From contig JAZOAS010000151.1 in the NCBI GenBank assembly GCA_045595605.1, positions 1 to 40,970 on the forward strand: 40,970 nt of DNA. Reading direction: 5' to 3'. The notes beneath the pieces were generated by a model, which was not told the origin of the DNA, did not search any database, and saw only the letters and a program-made list of their open reading frames with translations. This DNA is from Eubacteriales bacterium (GTDB lineage Bacteria > Bacillota > Clostridia > Oscillospirales > JAAYXM01). Positions 19,801 through 28,505 of this stretch are shown in pieces. A program made the translations under genes and the position numbers. Positions within the stretch are counted from its first letter, which is position 1. Every line of letters begins with the position of its first letter.

Positions 19801-19833
19801 AAACAAAAAGACACTTGCTAAAAGCAAGTGTCT
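19801..19833 (-). terminator. intrinsic terminator downstream of tRNA-Leu
   Basis: 10-bp stem AGACACTTGC / GCAAGTGTCT. A T-run follows on the minus strand. Confidence 0.7.
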
Positions 19834-19834
19834 T

Positions 19835-19918
19835 TGGTGCGAGTGATGGGACTTGAACCCATACGTCATGGACACACGCCCCTCAAACGTGCCTGTCTGC
19901 CTATTCCAGCACACTCGC
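19835..19918 (-). tRNA. tRNA-Leu (anticodon GAG), CCA encoded
   Basis: The reverse complement folds by hand: acceptor GCGAGTG/CACTCGC, anticodon stem CACGT/GCGTG with loop TTGAGGG, a long variable arm, T-arm ATGGG-TTCAAGT-CCCAT, and 3' ACCA. Confidence 0.9.
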
Positions 19919-19948
19919 ATAACTCGTTGTTCAATTGACAACATGAAT

Positions 19949-19977
19949 ATTATAGTGGTTTTTGGCGCAAATGTCAA
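19949..19977 (-). promoter_or_regulatory. consensus sigma-A promoter for tRNA-Leu
   Basis: Minus strand reads TTGACA-17 nt-TATAAT exactly. An A/T-tract region lies upstream at 19978-20010. Confidence 0.7.
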
Positions 19978-20019
19978 GAAAAATTTTTGATTTTTTCAAA
20001 AAAATTTTTGGGCTCGGAT

Positions 20020-20307
20020 TTAGTCGCTTTTTTGGCTGTCTTCAGCTGTATTCTGCTGAGATTTTTCAAGCAAACGGTAAATTCCGTATGTATTTTTGTT
20101 AGATTGTTTGATTTCGTCGGTGATTACTCCGAAGGCGTAAATCATAAGTGAAGTGACCCACGAGAAAAAGACGCCGAGAATTATGAAAACCAAACCGAAG
20201 AAAGTTTCGTTCATAAGTATAAGACCGTAAATGAGAGAGAAAAGTGCGCCTATAATAAAGTAGATAAACGCGACAGCCTTGAGCTTGCTTCCGGGATATT
20301 CAAACAT
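20020..20307 (-). CDS. small membrane protein, function unknown
   Basis: 95 aa with two or three hydrophobic helices and a polar tail. RBS AAGGGGA lies upstream, and a TTGACA-18-TATACT promoter is at 20336-20365. Confidence 0.5.
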   Translation of the reverse strand: MFEYPGSKLKAVAFIYFIIGALFSLIYGLILMNETFFGLVFIILGVFFSWVTSLMIYAFGVITDEIKQSNKNTYGIYRLLEKSQQNTAEDSQKSD

Positions 20308-20335
20308 AATAATTTCCCCTTTCTGTTTTGCTTAG

Positions 20336-20365
20336 AGTATAACACGCGATTTGTGAAACTGTCAA
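20336..20365 (-). promoter_or_regulatory. putative sigma-A promoter for the 95-aa membrane protein
   Basis: Minus strand reads TTGACA-18 nt-TATACT. Confidence 0.45.
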
Positions 20366-20378
20366 TATCGGAGCGACA

Positions 20379-20410
20379 AAAAAAGGTACGTACACGAAAG
20401 TGTACGGACC
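20379..20410 (-). terminator. terminator-like hairpin next to the duplicated tRNA-Ser 3' end
   Basis: GGTACGTACAC-gaaa-GTGTACGGACC (one mismatch). A T-run follows on the minus strand (A7 on plus at 20379-20385). Confidence 0.5.
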
Positions 20411-20421
20411 TTGGCGGAGAA
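20411..20421 (-). repeat. 11-nt duplicate of the tRNA-Ser(GCU) 3' end
   Basis: TTGGCGGAGAA at 20411-20421 is identical to 20516-20526. Both copies sit immediately next to a terminator hairpin. Confidence 0.5.
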
Positions 20422-20479
20422 CTTAAGTTTTATATAAATACACTTTTATATTCAGGGAATAGTGAAGAGTGAATAGGTA

Positions 20480-20516
20480 AAAAGTAAAAGACGACAAGTC
20501 GAAACTTGTCGTCTTT
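20480..20516 (-). terminator. intrinsic terminator downstream of tRNA-Ser(GCU)
   Basis: Stem AAAGACGACAAGT / ACTTGTCGTCTTT with loop cgaa. T-rich sequence follows on the minus strand. Confidence 0.7.
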
Positions 20517-20608
20517 TGGCGGAGAAGGGGAGATTCGAACTCCCGCACCGCTTTCGCGACCTACGCCCTTAGCAGGGGCGCCTCTTCGACCAGCTTGAGT
20601 ACTTCTCC
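20517..20608 (-). tRNA. tRNA-Ser (anticodon GCU), CCA encoded
   Basis: The reverse complement begins GGAGAAGTACTCAAGCTGGTCGAAGAGG. Anticodon arm is CGCCC-CTGCTAA-GGGCG, with a long variable arm, T-arm GGGAG-TTCGAAT-CTCCC and acceptor CTTCTCC-GCCA. Confidence 0.9.
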
Positions 20609-20668
20609 AAGTCGAAAATTAAAGTCGGTATTCAGTTTTTGTAAACCGAATACCGGCTCACTTTGTAT

Positions 20669-20697
20669 ATTATAAGATAATTTGCAATTTCAGTCAA
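20669..20697 (-). promoter_or_regulatory. sigma-A promoter for tRNA-Ser(GCU)
   Basis: Minus strand reads TTGACT-17 nt-TATAAT. The 16-nt AT palindrome AGTTTTTTAAAAAACT at 20699-20714 lies just upstream (UP-element-like). Confidence 0.65.
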
Positions 20698-20716
20698 GAG
20701 TTTTTTAAAAAACTTT

Positions 20717-21496
20717 TTAGATAAGCTTTACTGTGTAATAGATGCCCGTGATAACGATGTATGCGATAAGACCGAAGATAAAGTAAATCGCAAGATCCGG
20801 AGCAAGGAACGCAGCAGCGAGGAGAAGAAGAGAGAGGAGATATGTGAGGTAGATGAGTGTGTACTTAGCATCGCTCTTGAACACAGAAACCTCACGGCCG
20901 AAGACCTTCAAACTTCCCTTGCCGACCTGAACTGCAATTGTGAAAGCAGCGAGGAGAACGACAAGAACCGCAACCGCGATGAGAACGAACATATCAGCTG
21001 AGTTTACGATGTCTGACTTGAAAAGCCAGATTCCAACGCCACTCAAAATGGAAGAAAGAGCGACCATAAAGAACTCGCGCTGGTATGAATAATAGACAAT
21101 GTAGAGAACTACGAGCGCGGGGATGAAAACATAAATAAGAGTAAGTGTTGTGCTTGAGAAGACGATAGCGAGAGCGGTTGAGACAACCGCGATAATCGCC
21201 GAAGCTATTGAGATATTCTTTCCGGAAAGAAGGCGATACTTCGTATCGATTCCTTTTGCGCGCTCAACAATAAGCATTATTATGCCGACAACGAAAAGCG
21301 CAATGAATACGCCGGAAGTGATTTTGGTAATGTTCCAGGCGGTGAGGTAGCTTGTAGTGCTCTTCATCATTCTGCTGATATTTGTAAAGAAAAGAAGAAG
21401 AGCGAAAGCGAGCGTGAAAACAAGAAGAAGCTTGTTAGTCACATAATCCTTCTTAACGGTTTCCGTTACTTCTCTTTTTGCCTTATTATCTTTCAA
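20717..21496 (-). CDS. polytopic membrane protein, function unknown
   Basis: 259 aa with about 7 hydrophobic segments. TTG start has GGGAG 9 nt upstream. I recognise no family motif. Confidence 0.6.
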   Translation of the reverse strand: MKDNKAKREVTETVKKDYVTNKLLLVFTLAFALLLFFTNISRMMKSTTSYLTAWNITKITSGVFIALFVVGIIMLIVERAKGIDTKYRLLSGKNISIASAIIAVVSTALAIVFSSTTLTLIYVFIPALVVLYIVYYSYQREFFMVALSSILSGVGIWLFKSDIVNSADMFVLIAVAVLVVLLAAFTIAVQVGKGSLKVFGREVSVFKSDAKYTLIYLTYLLSLLLLAAAFLAPDLAIYFIFGLIAYIVITGIYYTVKLI

Positions 21497-21532
21497 GGTT
21501 ATTCACTCCCTAAATCCAACATCATACTCTAT

Positions 21533-21561
21533 ATTTTACCAAAAAAAGCATCATTTGTCCA
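21533..21561 (-). promoter_or_regulatory. putative sigma-A promoter (extended -10) for the 259-aa membrane protein
   Basis: Minus strand reads TGGACA-17 nt-TAAAAT, with TGg immediately upstream of the -10. Confidence 0.45.
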
Positions 21562-21597
21562 GCATTACTTTATTAAGTTTTCCCAAAACAAAGTAAA

Positions 21598-22566
21598 TTA
21601 TTTTTTAATAGGGCGCGCGATGATTGATGCCCAGTCGTTTTTGTCGCAAATTTTGATGATTTCAAAATTCTTTTCGATGTACCCGAGAACCTCGGAAAGT
21701 CGCTCGGTGATTATTCCCGATGCGATGAAGATTCCGTCTTCCTTAACGAAATCCCCCACGAAAGGAGAAGTGGCGATGATTACATCAGACACGATGTTTG
21801 CCGCGACGATGTCGTACTTCTTGGCAGAGAAGCGCTCGCGCAAGGCGGTGTCATCGATAATGTTTCCTGCAAGAGCTTCGTATTTTTCGGTTGTAACGCC
21901 GTTTAGCTCCGCGTTGCGGAGCGCGATATCGACCGCGTTTTTGTCGATATCCATAGCGGTTGCGCTCTTTGCGCCGAGGAGACAAGCTGTGATTGAGAGA
22001 ATGCCGCTTCCGCAGCCGAGGTCGAGGATGGTGTCGCCGTCTTTTGTGTATTCCTCAATCGCTTCGAGGCAGAGCTGGGTTGTTGCATGAGACCCCGTGC
22101 CGAAGCTCATGCCGGGGTTTATTGTGAAGACAACGCGACCGTCTTCGTTTTCGCACTCCTCCCATTCCGGACGGATGAGAACGCGCTTCCCGATTTTCAA
22201 GGGGTGGAAGAACTGCTTCCAGTTCTCAGACCAGTCCTCTTCGTTCATAGTAACAAATGAAAGCTCAAGGCTTCCGAGTGAGGCATCCCATTTAAGAGAC
22301 GCGAGAAGCTCACGGACGGAGAGGAGCTGTTCGTGTCCTGCTTCGTTTTCGCTCACATAGATTTTGACGCGGACATCCTCGTTTGTCTTTTCTTTGATGA
22401 GGTCCTCGTCAACATAATCGCGGTATGGAAACTCTGAGCACATAAACTCGTCAAAGTCAGCAGAGTCTTCAATCTCAAAACCGCGGATGCCGATATCTTC
22501 AAGGGCTGAGGTAAGAGTCTCAACGCCTTCGTGTGTTGTGTCAATGGCTACCTGTATCCATTCCAT
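21598..22566 (-). CDS. prmA: ribosomal protein L11 methyltransferase
   Basis: 322 aa with the PrmA N-terminal domain and SAM motif ILDLGCGSGILS, plus the FGTGSHATT block. Confidence 0.9.
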   Translation of the reverse strand: MEWIQVAIDTTHEGVETLTSALEDIGIRGFEIEDSADFDEFMCSEFPYRDYVDEDLIKEKTNEDVRVKIYVSENEAGHEQLLSVRELLASLKWDASLGSLELSFVTMNEEDWSENWKQFFHPLKIGKRVLIRPEWEECENEDGRVVFTINPGMSFGTGSHATTQLCLEAIEEYTKDGDTILDLGCGSGILSITACLLGAKSATAMDIDKNAVDIALRNAELNGVTTEKYEALAGNIIDDTALRERFSAKKYDIVAANIVSDVIIATSPFVGDFVKEDGIFIASGIITERLSEVLGYIEKNFEIIKICDKNDWASIIARPIKK

Positions 22567-22597
22567 AAAAATTTCCGCCTTTCAAAATGCTACATAT

Positions 22598-22626
22598 ATT
22601 TTACCAAAATGCAGAGAGATATGCAA
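22598..22626 (-). promoter_or_regulatory. putative sigma-A promoter (extended -10) for prmA
   Basis: Minus strand reads TTGCAT-17 nt-TAAAAT, preceded by TGg. Confidence 0.5.
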
Positions 22627-22669
22627 CATATTTAATCTTTTCGCCTCATATCATCTTTAACGGAAAGGT

Positions 22670-23470
22670 GTGATGAATATGGTAATAAGAATCCATAAAG
22701 CGACGGTTGCAATTTTCCTTGTCGCTCTGCTTGTTTTTTGTGTGCTTCCGTATTTTCCTGCGGGAGATGTGTCTCCCGTGTCGGGCGGAACATACGAAAA
22801 CTGGGGTCTTTCGTTTCAGGAGAGCGGAAAAACTCCCATAGGAAATGCGACAAAGGATTTTTTAGGCAAGTACGATGCTTACTTTGTGGGAGATGAAGGC
22901 GAAAAGGTGATTTATCTTACCTTTGACGCAGGCTATGAAAATGGGTGCACGGAGAAAATTCTCGATACCCTGAAAAAACACGAGGTTCCCGCGGCGTTTT
23001 TCCTTGTAGGAAATTACATAGACAAAGAGCCTGAGCTTGTAAAGCGCATGGTGGAGGAAGGACATATAGTCGGAAATCATACCCTTTCGCATCCCGATAT
23101 GTCAGCGATAGAGGATGAAGGAAAGTTCAAAAACGAGCTTTCTGAGCTCGAGGAGAAATACAAGAGCGCGTGCGGTGAGGAAATGAAAAAGTTTTACCGC
23201 CCGCCGCAGGGGAAATTTTCAGAGCGAAATCTTCAAATGGCGCAGAAGCTCGGATACAAAACGGTTTTCTGGAGCCTTGCGTATGTCGATTGGTATGAGA
23301 ATAAGCAACCGTCAAGAGAGTATGCAATGAAGACACTCACCGAGCGAATCCACCCGGGAGCCGTAGTTCTTCTCCACAGCACATCAAAAACAAACGCCGA
23401 GATTTTAGATGACCTTCTCACTGAATGGAAGGATATGGGCTACCGCTTCGAGAGTATAGAGAGCTTATAA
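22670..23470 (+). CDS. pdaA: delta-lactam-biosynthetic de-N-acetylase-like polysaccharide deacetylase (PdaA-like)
   Basis: Signal anchor followed by strong block similarity to B. subtilis PdaA as I recall it (NWGLSF, KYDAYFVGDEGEKVIYLTFDAGYENG, FFLVGNY, EGHIVGNHTLSHPDM, YRPPQGKFSE, KTVFWSLAYVDW, HPGAVVLLH). The exact start among ATGs at 22670-22682 is uncertain. Confidence 0.8.
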   Translation: MMNMVIRIHKATVAIFLVALLVFCVLPYFPAGDVSPVSGGTYENWGLSFQESGKTPIGNATKDFLGKYDAYFVGDEGEKVIYLTFDAGYENGCTEKILDTLKKHEVPAAFFLVGNYIDKEPELVKRMVEEGHIVGNHTLSHPDMSAIEDEGKFKNELSELEEKYKSACGEEMKKFYRPPQGKFSERNLQMAQKLGYKTVFWSLAYVDWYENKQPSREYAMKTLTERIHPGAVVLLHSTSKTNAEILDDLLTEWKDMGYRFESIESL

Positions 23471-23478
23471 GAAAAGGC

Positions 23479-23505
23479 AGAAACGAATTTTCGTTTCTTC
23501 CTTTT
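23479..23505. terminator. bidirectional terminator between pdaA-like and M23 peptidase genes
   Basis: AGAAACGA-attt-TCGTTTCT followed by a T-rich run, with A-rich sequence upstream. Confidence 0.6.
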
Positions 23506-23508
23506 TGT

Positions 23509-25158
23509 TTACTTAATATACTTCCACGGGTTTACATATCTGCCGTTTACATGAACCTCGAAGTGAACATGCGGACCTGAGCTGTTACCTGTGCTTCCCA
23601 TTTTCGCAATCTGCTCACCCTTTGCAACCTTCTGACCAACCTTTACGGTAACTCGTGAGTTGTGAGCGTAATAGGTTTCGATACCATTGCCGTGGTTTAT
23701 AACGACGAGATATCCCCAACCGCCGCGCTTCCAGCCGGCCCATGTGACCGTACCGCCGTCAGCTGCGGAAATTCGTGTGCCCATCTTTGCGGCAAAGTCA
23801 ACACCCTTGTGCATGCTGCCACGGCGCATACCGTAGTTCGAGGAGATGATACCGCCGCTTATCGGGCGTGAGAGTTTTCCTGTTGCGACGGTCTTGGGTC
23901 TTGCTTTTGTTCCGACATGAACAACCTTTGTTACAGGCTGTTTTGTGACTGTGCTTGAGAGGATGTCACGGGAGACTTCCTTATTATCAACATAGGTGAC
24001 ATCGGCAACAACCGTTCTCGTTCCGACGCGACCCTGAGTTACAACCTTTGAAGAGCCTTTGTAGATTGAAGAATCTTCAACCTGCTTTGTTTCAAAGGGG
24101 ATAGTTTCCGTATATTCAACACGGCGGATAGCTTCAACCGAGAGGAAGGGAACTTCCTTTGCGACCGTAACATTCTTGCCGGCGCGGAGGTTTCTTGATG
24201 TGAGTGACGGGTTGAGCTCCAAAAGCTCATCTGTTGTCATTCCGTTTGCCTTGGCAATCTTATCAATGGTATCTCCGGACTTTATCTTATACTGCTTTGA
24301 TGTGTGAATTGTTGATGTGAGCTTCTCGCGAATTTCGTCATACGAAATGAGCTTTGAGGAGTCAACATATCTCTGTGAAATCTGAACATCCTGAGCAAAG
24401 TGAGCCCTAACATTCGGGTCGTTTGTGTAAAGAAGCTCGTCAAGCATATTCTGAAGAACCTCACGGCTTCGGCTTGCACCGACGACCTCACCGTCAACAG
24501 TGATAGCATAGAGAGCAGAAATTTCGTCGATTTCCGAGAAGAAGAAGGAGCGGATAGCATCCTTTGATATAACCTTTTCGCGCGGGACTATACCGAGCTC
24601 GAATTTGACGGGGAGAGTAACGCTGTACGGGCGACCGAGGATTTCTGTAGCGCGGTCCTCAACAAAGCGAAGTGCTTCGTTGTATTCCTCACGGCTGTAC
24701 ATATAGCCAAGCTCTTTGCCGTCAGCGGTAATTTTGATACCCACGCTGTAAAAGGTTGAAGCGATGAGTGTGAGCGTAACTGCAAGAAGTGAAATCGCAA
24801 GCGCAAAACGGTTTGCGCGGAACTGTGCAATCGCGACGGTCGCGGTATGCGATTTAACGCGGAGATAATCGCGGACTTTTACAAAAGCTTCAGAAAGAAC
24901 ACTCGCAAGAGCGAAGATAAAGACCGTTGCAGGGACAATAACTCGCGAATGGAAAACCGTTCCGAAAATAACTGCGGAGTGGATAACTTTTGAATAAACA
25001 AAAGAGAAGAACTCGCAAAGAAGCGCGAAGATGCCGCAGAGCACATTATATATTCTGTTGTTGGTGGTGATAGCTGAAGGAGCAACGCCGACTGACGCTA
25101 CTGCACTTTCAGAAGAATGTGTCTCGTTGGACAAAGTTCTCACCGCATTTCCTTTCAT
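23509..25158 (-). CDS. membrane-anchored LysM / G5 / M23 peptidoglycan metalloendopeptidase
   Basis: 549 aa with N-terminal TM helices, LysM (YKIKSGDTIDKIAKANGMTTDELLELNP), a G5-like block (ETKQVEDSSIYKGSSKVVTQGRVGTRTV) and M23 motifs (HKGVDFAA, YYAHNS, GSTGNSSGPHVHFEV). Confidence 0.85.
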   Translation of the reverse strand: MKGNAVRTLSNETHSSESAVASVGVAPSAITTNNRIYNVLCGIFALLCEFFSFVYSKVIHSAVIFGTVFHSRVIVPATVFIFALASVLSEAFVKVRDYLRVKSHTATVAIAQFRANRFALAISLLAVTLTLIASTFYSVGIKITADGKELGYMYSREEYNEALRFVEDRATEILGRPYSVTLPVKFELGIVPREKVISKDAIRSFFFSEIDEISALYAITVDGEVVGASRSREVLQNMLDELLYTNDPNVRAHFAQDVQISQRYVDSSKLISYDEIREKLTSTIHTSKQYKIKSGDTIDKIAKANGMTTDELLELNPSLTSRNLRAGKNVTVAKEVPFLSVEAIRRVEYTETIPFETKQVEDSSIYKGSSKVVTQGRVGTRTVVADVTYVDNKEVSRDILSSTVTKQPVTKVVHVGTKARPKTVATGKLSRPISGGIISSNYGMRRGSMHKGVDFAAKMGTRISAADGGTVTWAGWKRGGWGYLVVINHGNGIETYYAHNSRVTVKVGQKVAKGEQIAKMGSTGNSSGPHVHFEVHVNGRYVNPWKYIK

Positions 25159-25393
25159 TATTTCTGCAATACATCGGTTACAAACCGGTTACAGAGTGAT
25201 TACATTATAGCGCAAAATGGTATTATTGTCAACCCTTTTCTGTAATTGTTTACAATTGGAAAATCTTAGAAATGGCGGAATAAAGCCATTTTTAGCAAAA
25301 TAACGGGGCTTGGACTCTTTGTAACGCAACTGTAACATTGATTTGCAAGCGTTTTTGGTATAATAATAGCCGAAAGAAGTTTTGGAGGAAAGA

Positions 25394-26044
25394 ATGATGC
25401 AGATTCGCGGTGCAATTTTTGATATGGACGGAACGCTTACTGATTCCATGCAGGTATGGAGCACGATTGGAAGCGATTTCATAAAGAGTCTCGGAATGGT
25501 TCCGGCAGATGATATTGACCGCCGTTTTACGAGCATGAGCTCTTACGAAGCGGTTGAGTTTATGAAGAGGGAATACAATATCCCCGGAAGTCAGGAAGAG
25601 ATTGCCGAGCAGATTAACCTGATAGTTGAGAAGAGCTATCTTGAAAAAGTTCCGCTTAAAGAGGGAACGCTTGATTTTCTTCGCTATCTTGATGAGAAGA
25701 ACATCCCGATGTGTGTCGCGACAGCGACGGATGAATACCTCGCGGAGGCGTCGCTTACACGCCTTGGTATAAGAAAGTATTTTAAAGGTATTTTAACAAG
25801 CCGTTCGGTTGGAGTAGGAAAGACCGAACCGAAAATCTTTCTTGAAGCGGCGCGTCTTCTCGGAACAGAGCCGTCGGAGACTGCGGTCTTCGAGGATTCG
25901 GTAGTAGCAATAAGAACGGCAAATGCCGCAGGGTTTATCACGGCGGCGGTCGCGGATGAATCGTTTGCATACGCGCGCAACGAGATAAAGGAAATCGCGA
26001 CAATGTGGGAAGAAGACCTCTCGGGATATATAAATAAGGTATAA
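25394..26044 (+). CDS. HAD-superfamily hydrolase (beta-phosphoglucomutase-like subfamily IA)
   Basis: Contains motif I FDMDGTLTDS, a cap domain, and later VFEDSVVAIRTANAAG. ATG 25394 or 25397 is preferred over the track's TTG at 25382 because GGAGG lies 5-8 nt upstream. Confidence 0.8.
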   Translation: MMQIRGAIFDMDGTLTDSMQVWSTIGSDFIKSLGMVPADDIDRRFTSMSSYEAVEFMKREYNIPGSQEEIAEQINLIVEKSYLEKVPLKEGTLDFLRYLDEKNIPMCVATATDEYLAEASLTRLGIRKYFKGILTSRSVGVGKTEPKIFLEAARLLGTEPSETAVFEDSVVAIRTANAAGFITAAVADESFAYARNEIKEIATMWEEDLSGYINKV

Positions 26045-26048
26045 AAAA

Positions 26049-26074
26049 GGGCATCTGCAAATTTTGCAGATGCC
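26049..26074. terminator. bidirectional terminator between HAD gene and folA
   Basis: GGCATCTGCAAA-atttt-GCAGATGCC with A-run and T-run flanks. Confidence 0.75.
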
Positions 26075-26079
26075 TTAAA

Positions 26080-26562
26080 TTATTTTTTATATGTAAGAAA
26101 TGCGAAATATGTTCCTTCGTATTCCTTCATAGGCGAGCGGTAAGCGATTTTCCATTCGCTCTTTTCATCGAGATTTACGAAATGGCGGTCAGCCTCGCTC
26201 TCAGCCTCGATTTTTGTCACATACGCCGTGTCGCAGAAGGGGAGCATATCGCGGTAAACGCTCTCACCGCCGATGACGAAAATGTCTTCAGTCGGGGTGT
26301 CTTTAAGAAGAGCGACAATCTCCTCGGGAGTTTTGCAGACCTCAGCACCCGGAACTTCCGGAAGCGTTCTCGAGAGGATAATATTTCTTCTCTTGGGAAG
26401 CGGTTTTCCGCCGGGGAGAGATTCAAGAGTGGCTCTGCCCATAATGACGGTTTTGCCCGCGGTCATAGTCCTGAAAAACTTCATATCCTCCGGGATAGAG
26501 TAGAGAAGACCGCCGTCTTTTCCGATACCCCAGCCGATATCAACAGCTACGATAAGATTCAT
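26080..26562 (-). CDS. folA: dihydrofolate reductase
   Basis: 160 aa with LIVAVDIGWGIGKDGGLLYSIPEDMKFFRTMT and GRATLESLP, the classic DHFR N-terminal blocks. It starts 12 nt after the thyA stop, behind an AAGGTGG RBS. Confidence 0.9.
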   Translation of the reverse strand: MNLIVAVDIGWGIGKDGGLLYSIPEDMKFFRTMTAGKTVIMGRATLESLPGGKPLPKRRNIILSRTLPEVPGAEVCKTPEEIVALLKDTPTEDIFVIGGESVYRDMLPFCDTAYVTKIEAESEADRHFVNLDEKSEWKIAYRSPMKEYEGTYFAFLTYKK

Positions 26563-26574
26563 ACCTGCACCACC

Positions 26575-27405
26575 TTATACAGCAACGGGGATCTTGACAT
26601 TGAACTCGTTGTACTTATAATCCTCGAGACTAAAGTCATCGGTTGTGAACTTGTAGAAATCTGTAACATCCTTGTTTATAATAAGCTTCGGTGCGTCAAA
26701 ACTCTCTTTTTCGATAAGCTCTTTTACAAGCGGGATGTGGCGGTCGTAGATATGAGCGTCGGCAATAACATGGACAAGCTCACCCGCCTCAAGCCCCGAG
26801 ACCTGCGCCATCATGTGGATGAGAATTGCATACTGGCAGGTGTTCCAGCCGTTTGCAACGAGCATATCCTGTGAGCGCTGATTGAGAATACCGTTCAATT
26901 TATTTCCGCTTACATTGAAGGTCATGCTGTATGCACACGGGTAAAGCTGCATATCGCAAAGCTCGTCGTGGTTGTAGATATTTGTCATAATACGACGGCT
27001 ACTTGGGTTGTTTTTAAGGTCAAAGAGAACTCTGTCAACCTGGTCAAACATACCCTCGCGGTATTTGTGCTTTTTTCCGAGCTGGTAGCCGTAAGCCTTT
27101 CCGATAGTGCCTTCTTCATCCTGCCACGCGTCCCAGATACGGCTTTTGAGCTCAGATACGCGGTTTGACTTCTTCTGCCATATCCACAGAAGCTCGTCTA
27201 TCGCAGACTTGAGTGCAGTGCGGCGAAGCGTGAGAATCGGGAACTCCTCGGACAAATCGTAACGGTTTACAACACCGAACTTCTTTACTGTGTGAGCAGG
27301 GGAGCCGTCCTCCCAACGCGGGCGGACATCAAAGTCGGTATCCCAAACTCCGTTTTCAAGTATATCCTTACAATTCTGAATAAAAATCTGATCTGCGCGG
27401 CTCAT
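26575..27405 (-). CDS. thyA: thymidylate synthase (ThyA, long Bacillus ThyA / L. casei-like form)
   Basis: Blocks AIDELLWIWQKKSN, GTIGKAYGYQLGKK, NPSSRRIMT and VIADAHIYDRH match thymidylate synthase. Start is taken at ATG 27405 (MSRADQ), 6 nt after GAGGTG. Confidence 0.95.
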   Translation of the reverse strand: MSRADQIFIQNCKDILENGVWDTDFDVRPRWEDGSPAHTVKKFGVVNRYDLSEEFPILTLRRTALKSAIDELLWIWQKKSNRVSELKSRIWDAWQDEEGTIGKAYGYQLGKKHKYREGMFDQVDRVLFDLKNNPSSRRIMTNIYNHDELCDMQLYPCAYSMTFNVSGNKLNGILNQRSQDMLVANGWNTCQYAILIHMMAQVSGLEAGELVHVIADAHIYDRHIPLVKELIEKESFDAPKLIINKDVTDFYKFTTDDFSLEDYKYNEFNVKIPVAV

Positions 27406-27425
27406 AATAATCACCTCATGAGATG

Positions 27426-27434
27426 ATTATAGCA
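27426..27434 (-). promoter_or_regulatory. possible extended -10 promoter for thyA-folA
   Basis: Minus strand reads TGcTATAAT about 20 nt upstream of the thyA RBS. I see no good -35. Confidence 0.35.
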
Positions 27435-27462
27435 CAAATGGGTTATAAAGGAAAGAGAAAAA

Positions 27463-28362
27463 TTACGACAGGAATTCGTCCATCTCCTCTATTGTGATGT
27501 CCTTTTGAAGAGCAGAATTAATCGCATATCCCAAAATCCGCCCCATGTCTGAGATGTGAACATCGATATCCTTCGGCGTAACGAGAAGTCGCTCGCCGTA
27601 GTCTGAAAGCGCGCTCTTCGGGATTTCGATATTTGCATTTTCTGCAAAGCCTTCGATTATTGTTTCAATGTTAACAACCGTCGGAACGCCCATTGCGATA
27701 ACGGGAATACCCATTGTCTTTTTATTTATCGCGCGTCTTGAATTTCCGACGCCCGAGCCCGGAACGATGCCGGTATCAGTTATCTGAACGGTTTTGCAAA
27801 GCCGCTCCAACCGCATTGATGCGAGCGCGTCGATAACTATAATGCAGTCGGGAGAAACGCTTTTTATGACACCGCGTATTATCTCGCTGCTCTCAACCCC
27901 CGTCATTCCGAGAACTCCGGGCGCGACAGCCGAAACGGGGCGCATTTTTCCGAAAAGTGCGGGGAGCGTATCTACAAGGTGGCGGGTTACCATTATGTGT
28001 GAGACGGTCTCAGCGCCGATAGCGTCGGGCGTGATACCGCGGTTTCCAAGCCCCGCAATTAGCACAGCTCCACTTCCGTCGGGCAAAAGGGCAGAAAGCT
28101 CCTTTGCAACCGCGCGGATAGCGCGTGGGAATATATCAACATCGCGCCGAGAGATTCCCTGAAGCTCGACAGTCGTGTATGAGCCGACGGGTTTTCCGAG
28201 TTTTCGCGCGCCGTCCTCGTCTAAAATTTCAACTCTTGAAACGCGGAAGCCTTCGGTTTCCGAATCCTCTGCGCGTACACCGCGAAGCTCCGTCGTATTC
28301 TTTTCGTTTTCCTGCCACACCTCGCGGGCTTCCGAGGCAAGGTCTGTTCTTGAATTATTCAA
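27463..28362 (-). CDS. gpr: germination (spore) protease GPR
   Basis: 299 aa with RTDLASEA, GLGNRGITPDAIG, RPVSAVAPGVLGMTGVES, IIVIDALA and TDTGIVPGSGVGN, matching B. subtilis Gpr blocks. It is adjacent and divergent to rpsT, as in Bacillus. Confidence 0.9.
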   Translation of the reverse strand: MNNSRTDLASEAREVWQENEKNTTELRGVRAEDSETEGFRVSRVEILDEDGARKLGKPVGSYTTVELQGISRRDVDIFPRAIRAVAKELSALLPDGSGAVLIAGLGNRGITPDAIGAETVSHIMVTRHLVDTLPALFGKMRPVSAVAPGVLGMTGVESSEIIRGVIKSVSPDCIIVIDALASMRLERLCKTVQITDTGIVPGSGVGNSRRAINKKTMGIPVIAMGVPTVVNIETIIEGFAENANIEIPKSALSDYGERLLVTPKDIDVHISDMGRILGYAINSALQKDITIEEMDEFLS

Positions 28363-28444
28363 GTAAAAATCACCTCACATACAGATTTAATTTTGACATA
28401 TTTTATTACCAATATACAAATTTTTGAAAATTTCAAAAAAACTC

Positions 28445-28473
28445 TTGATTTCTGCTTCGTTAAATGGTAAAAT
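28445..28473 (+). promoter_or_regulatory. sigma-A promoter (extended -10) for rpsT
   Basis: TTGATT-17 nt-TAAAAT, preceded by TGg. Confidence 0.55.
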
Positions 28474-28505
28474 AATTCGGTAACATAATTAAGGAGGTGG
28501 ACGCT

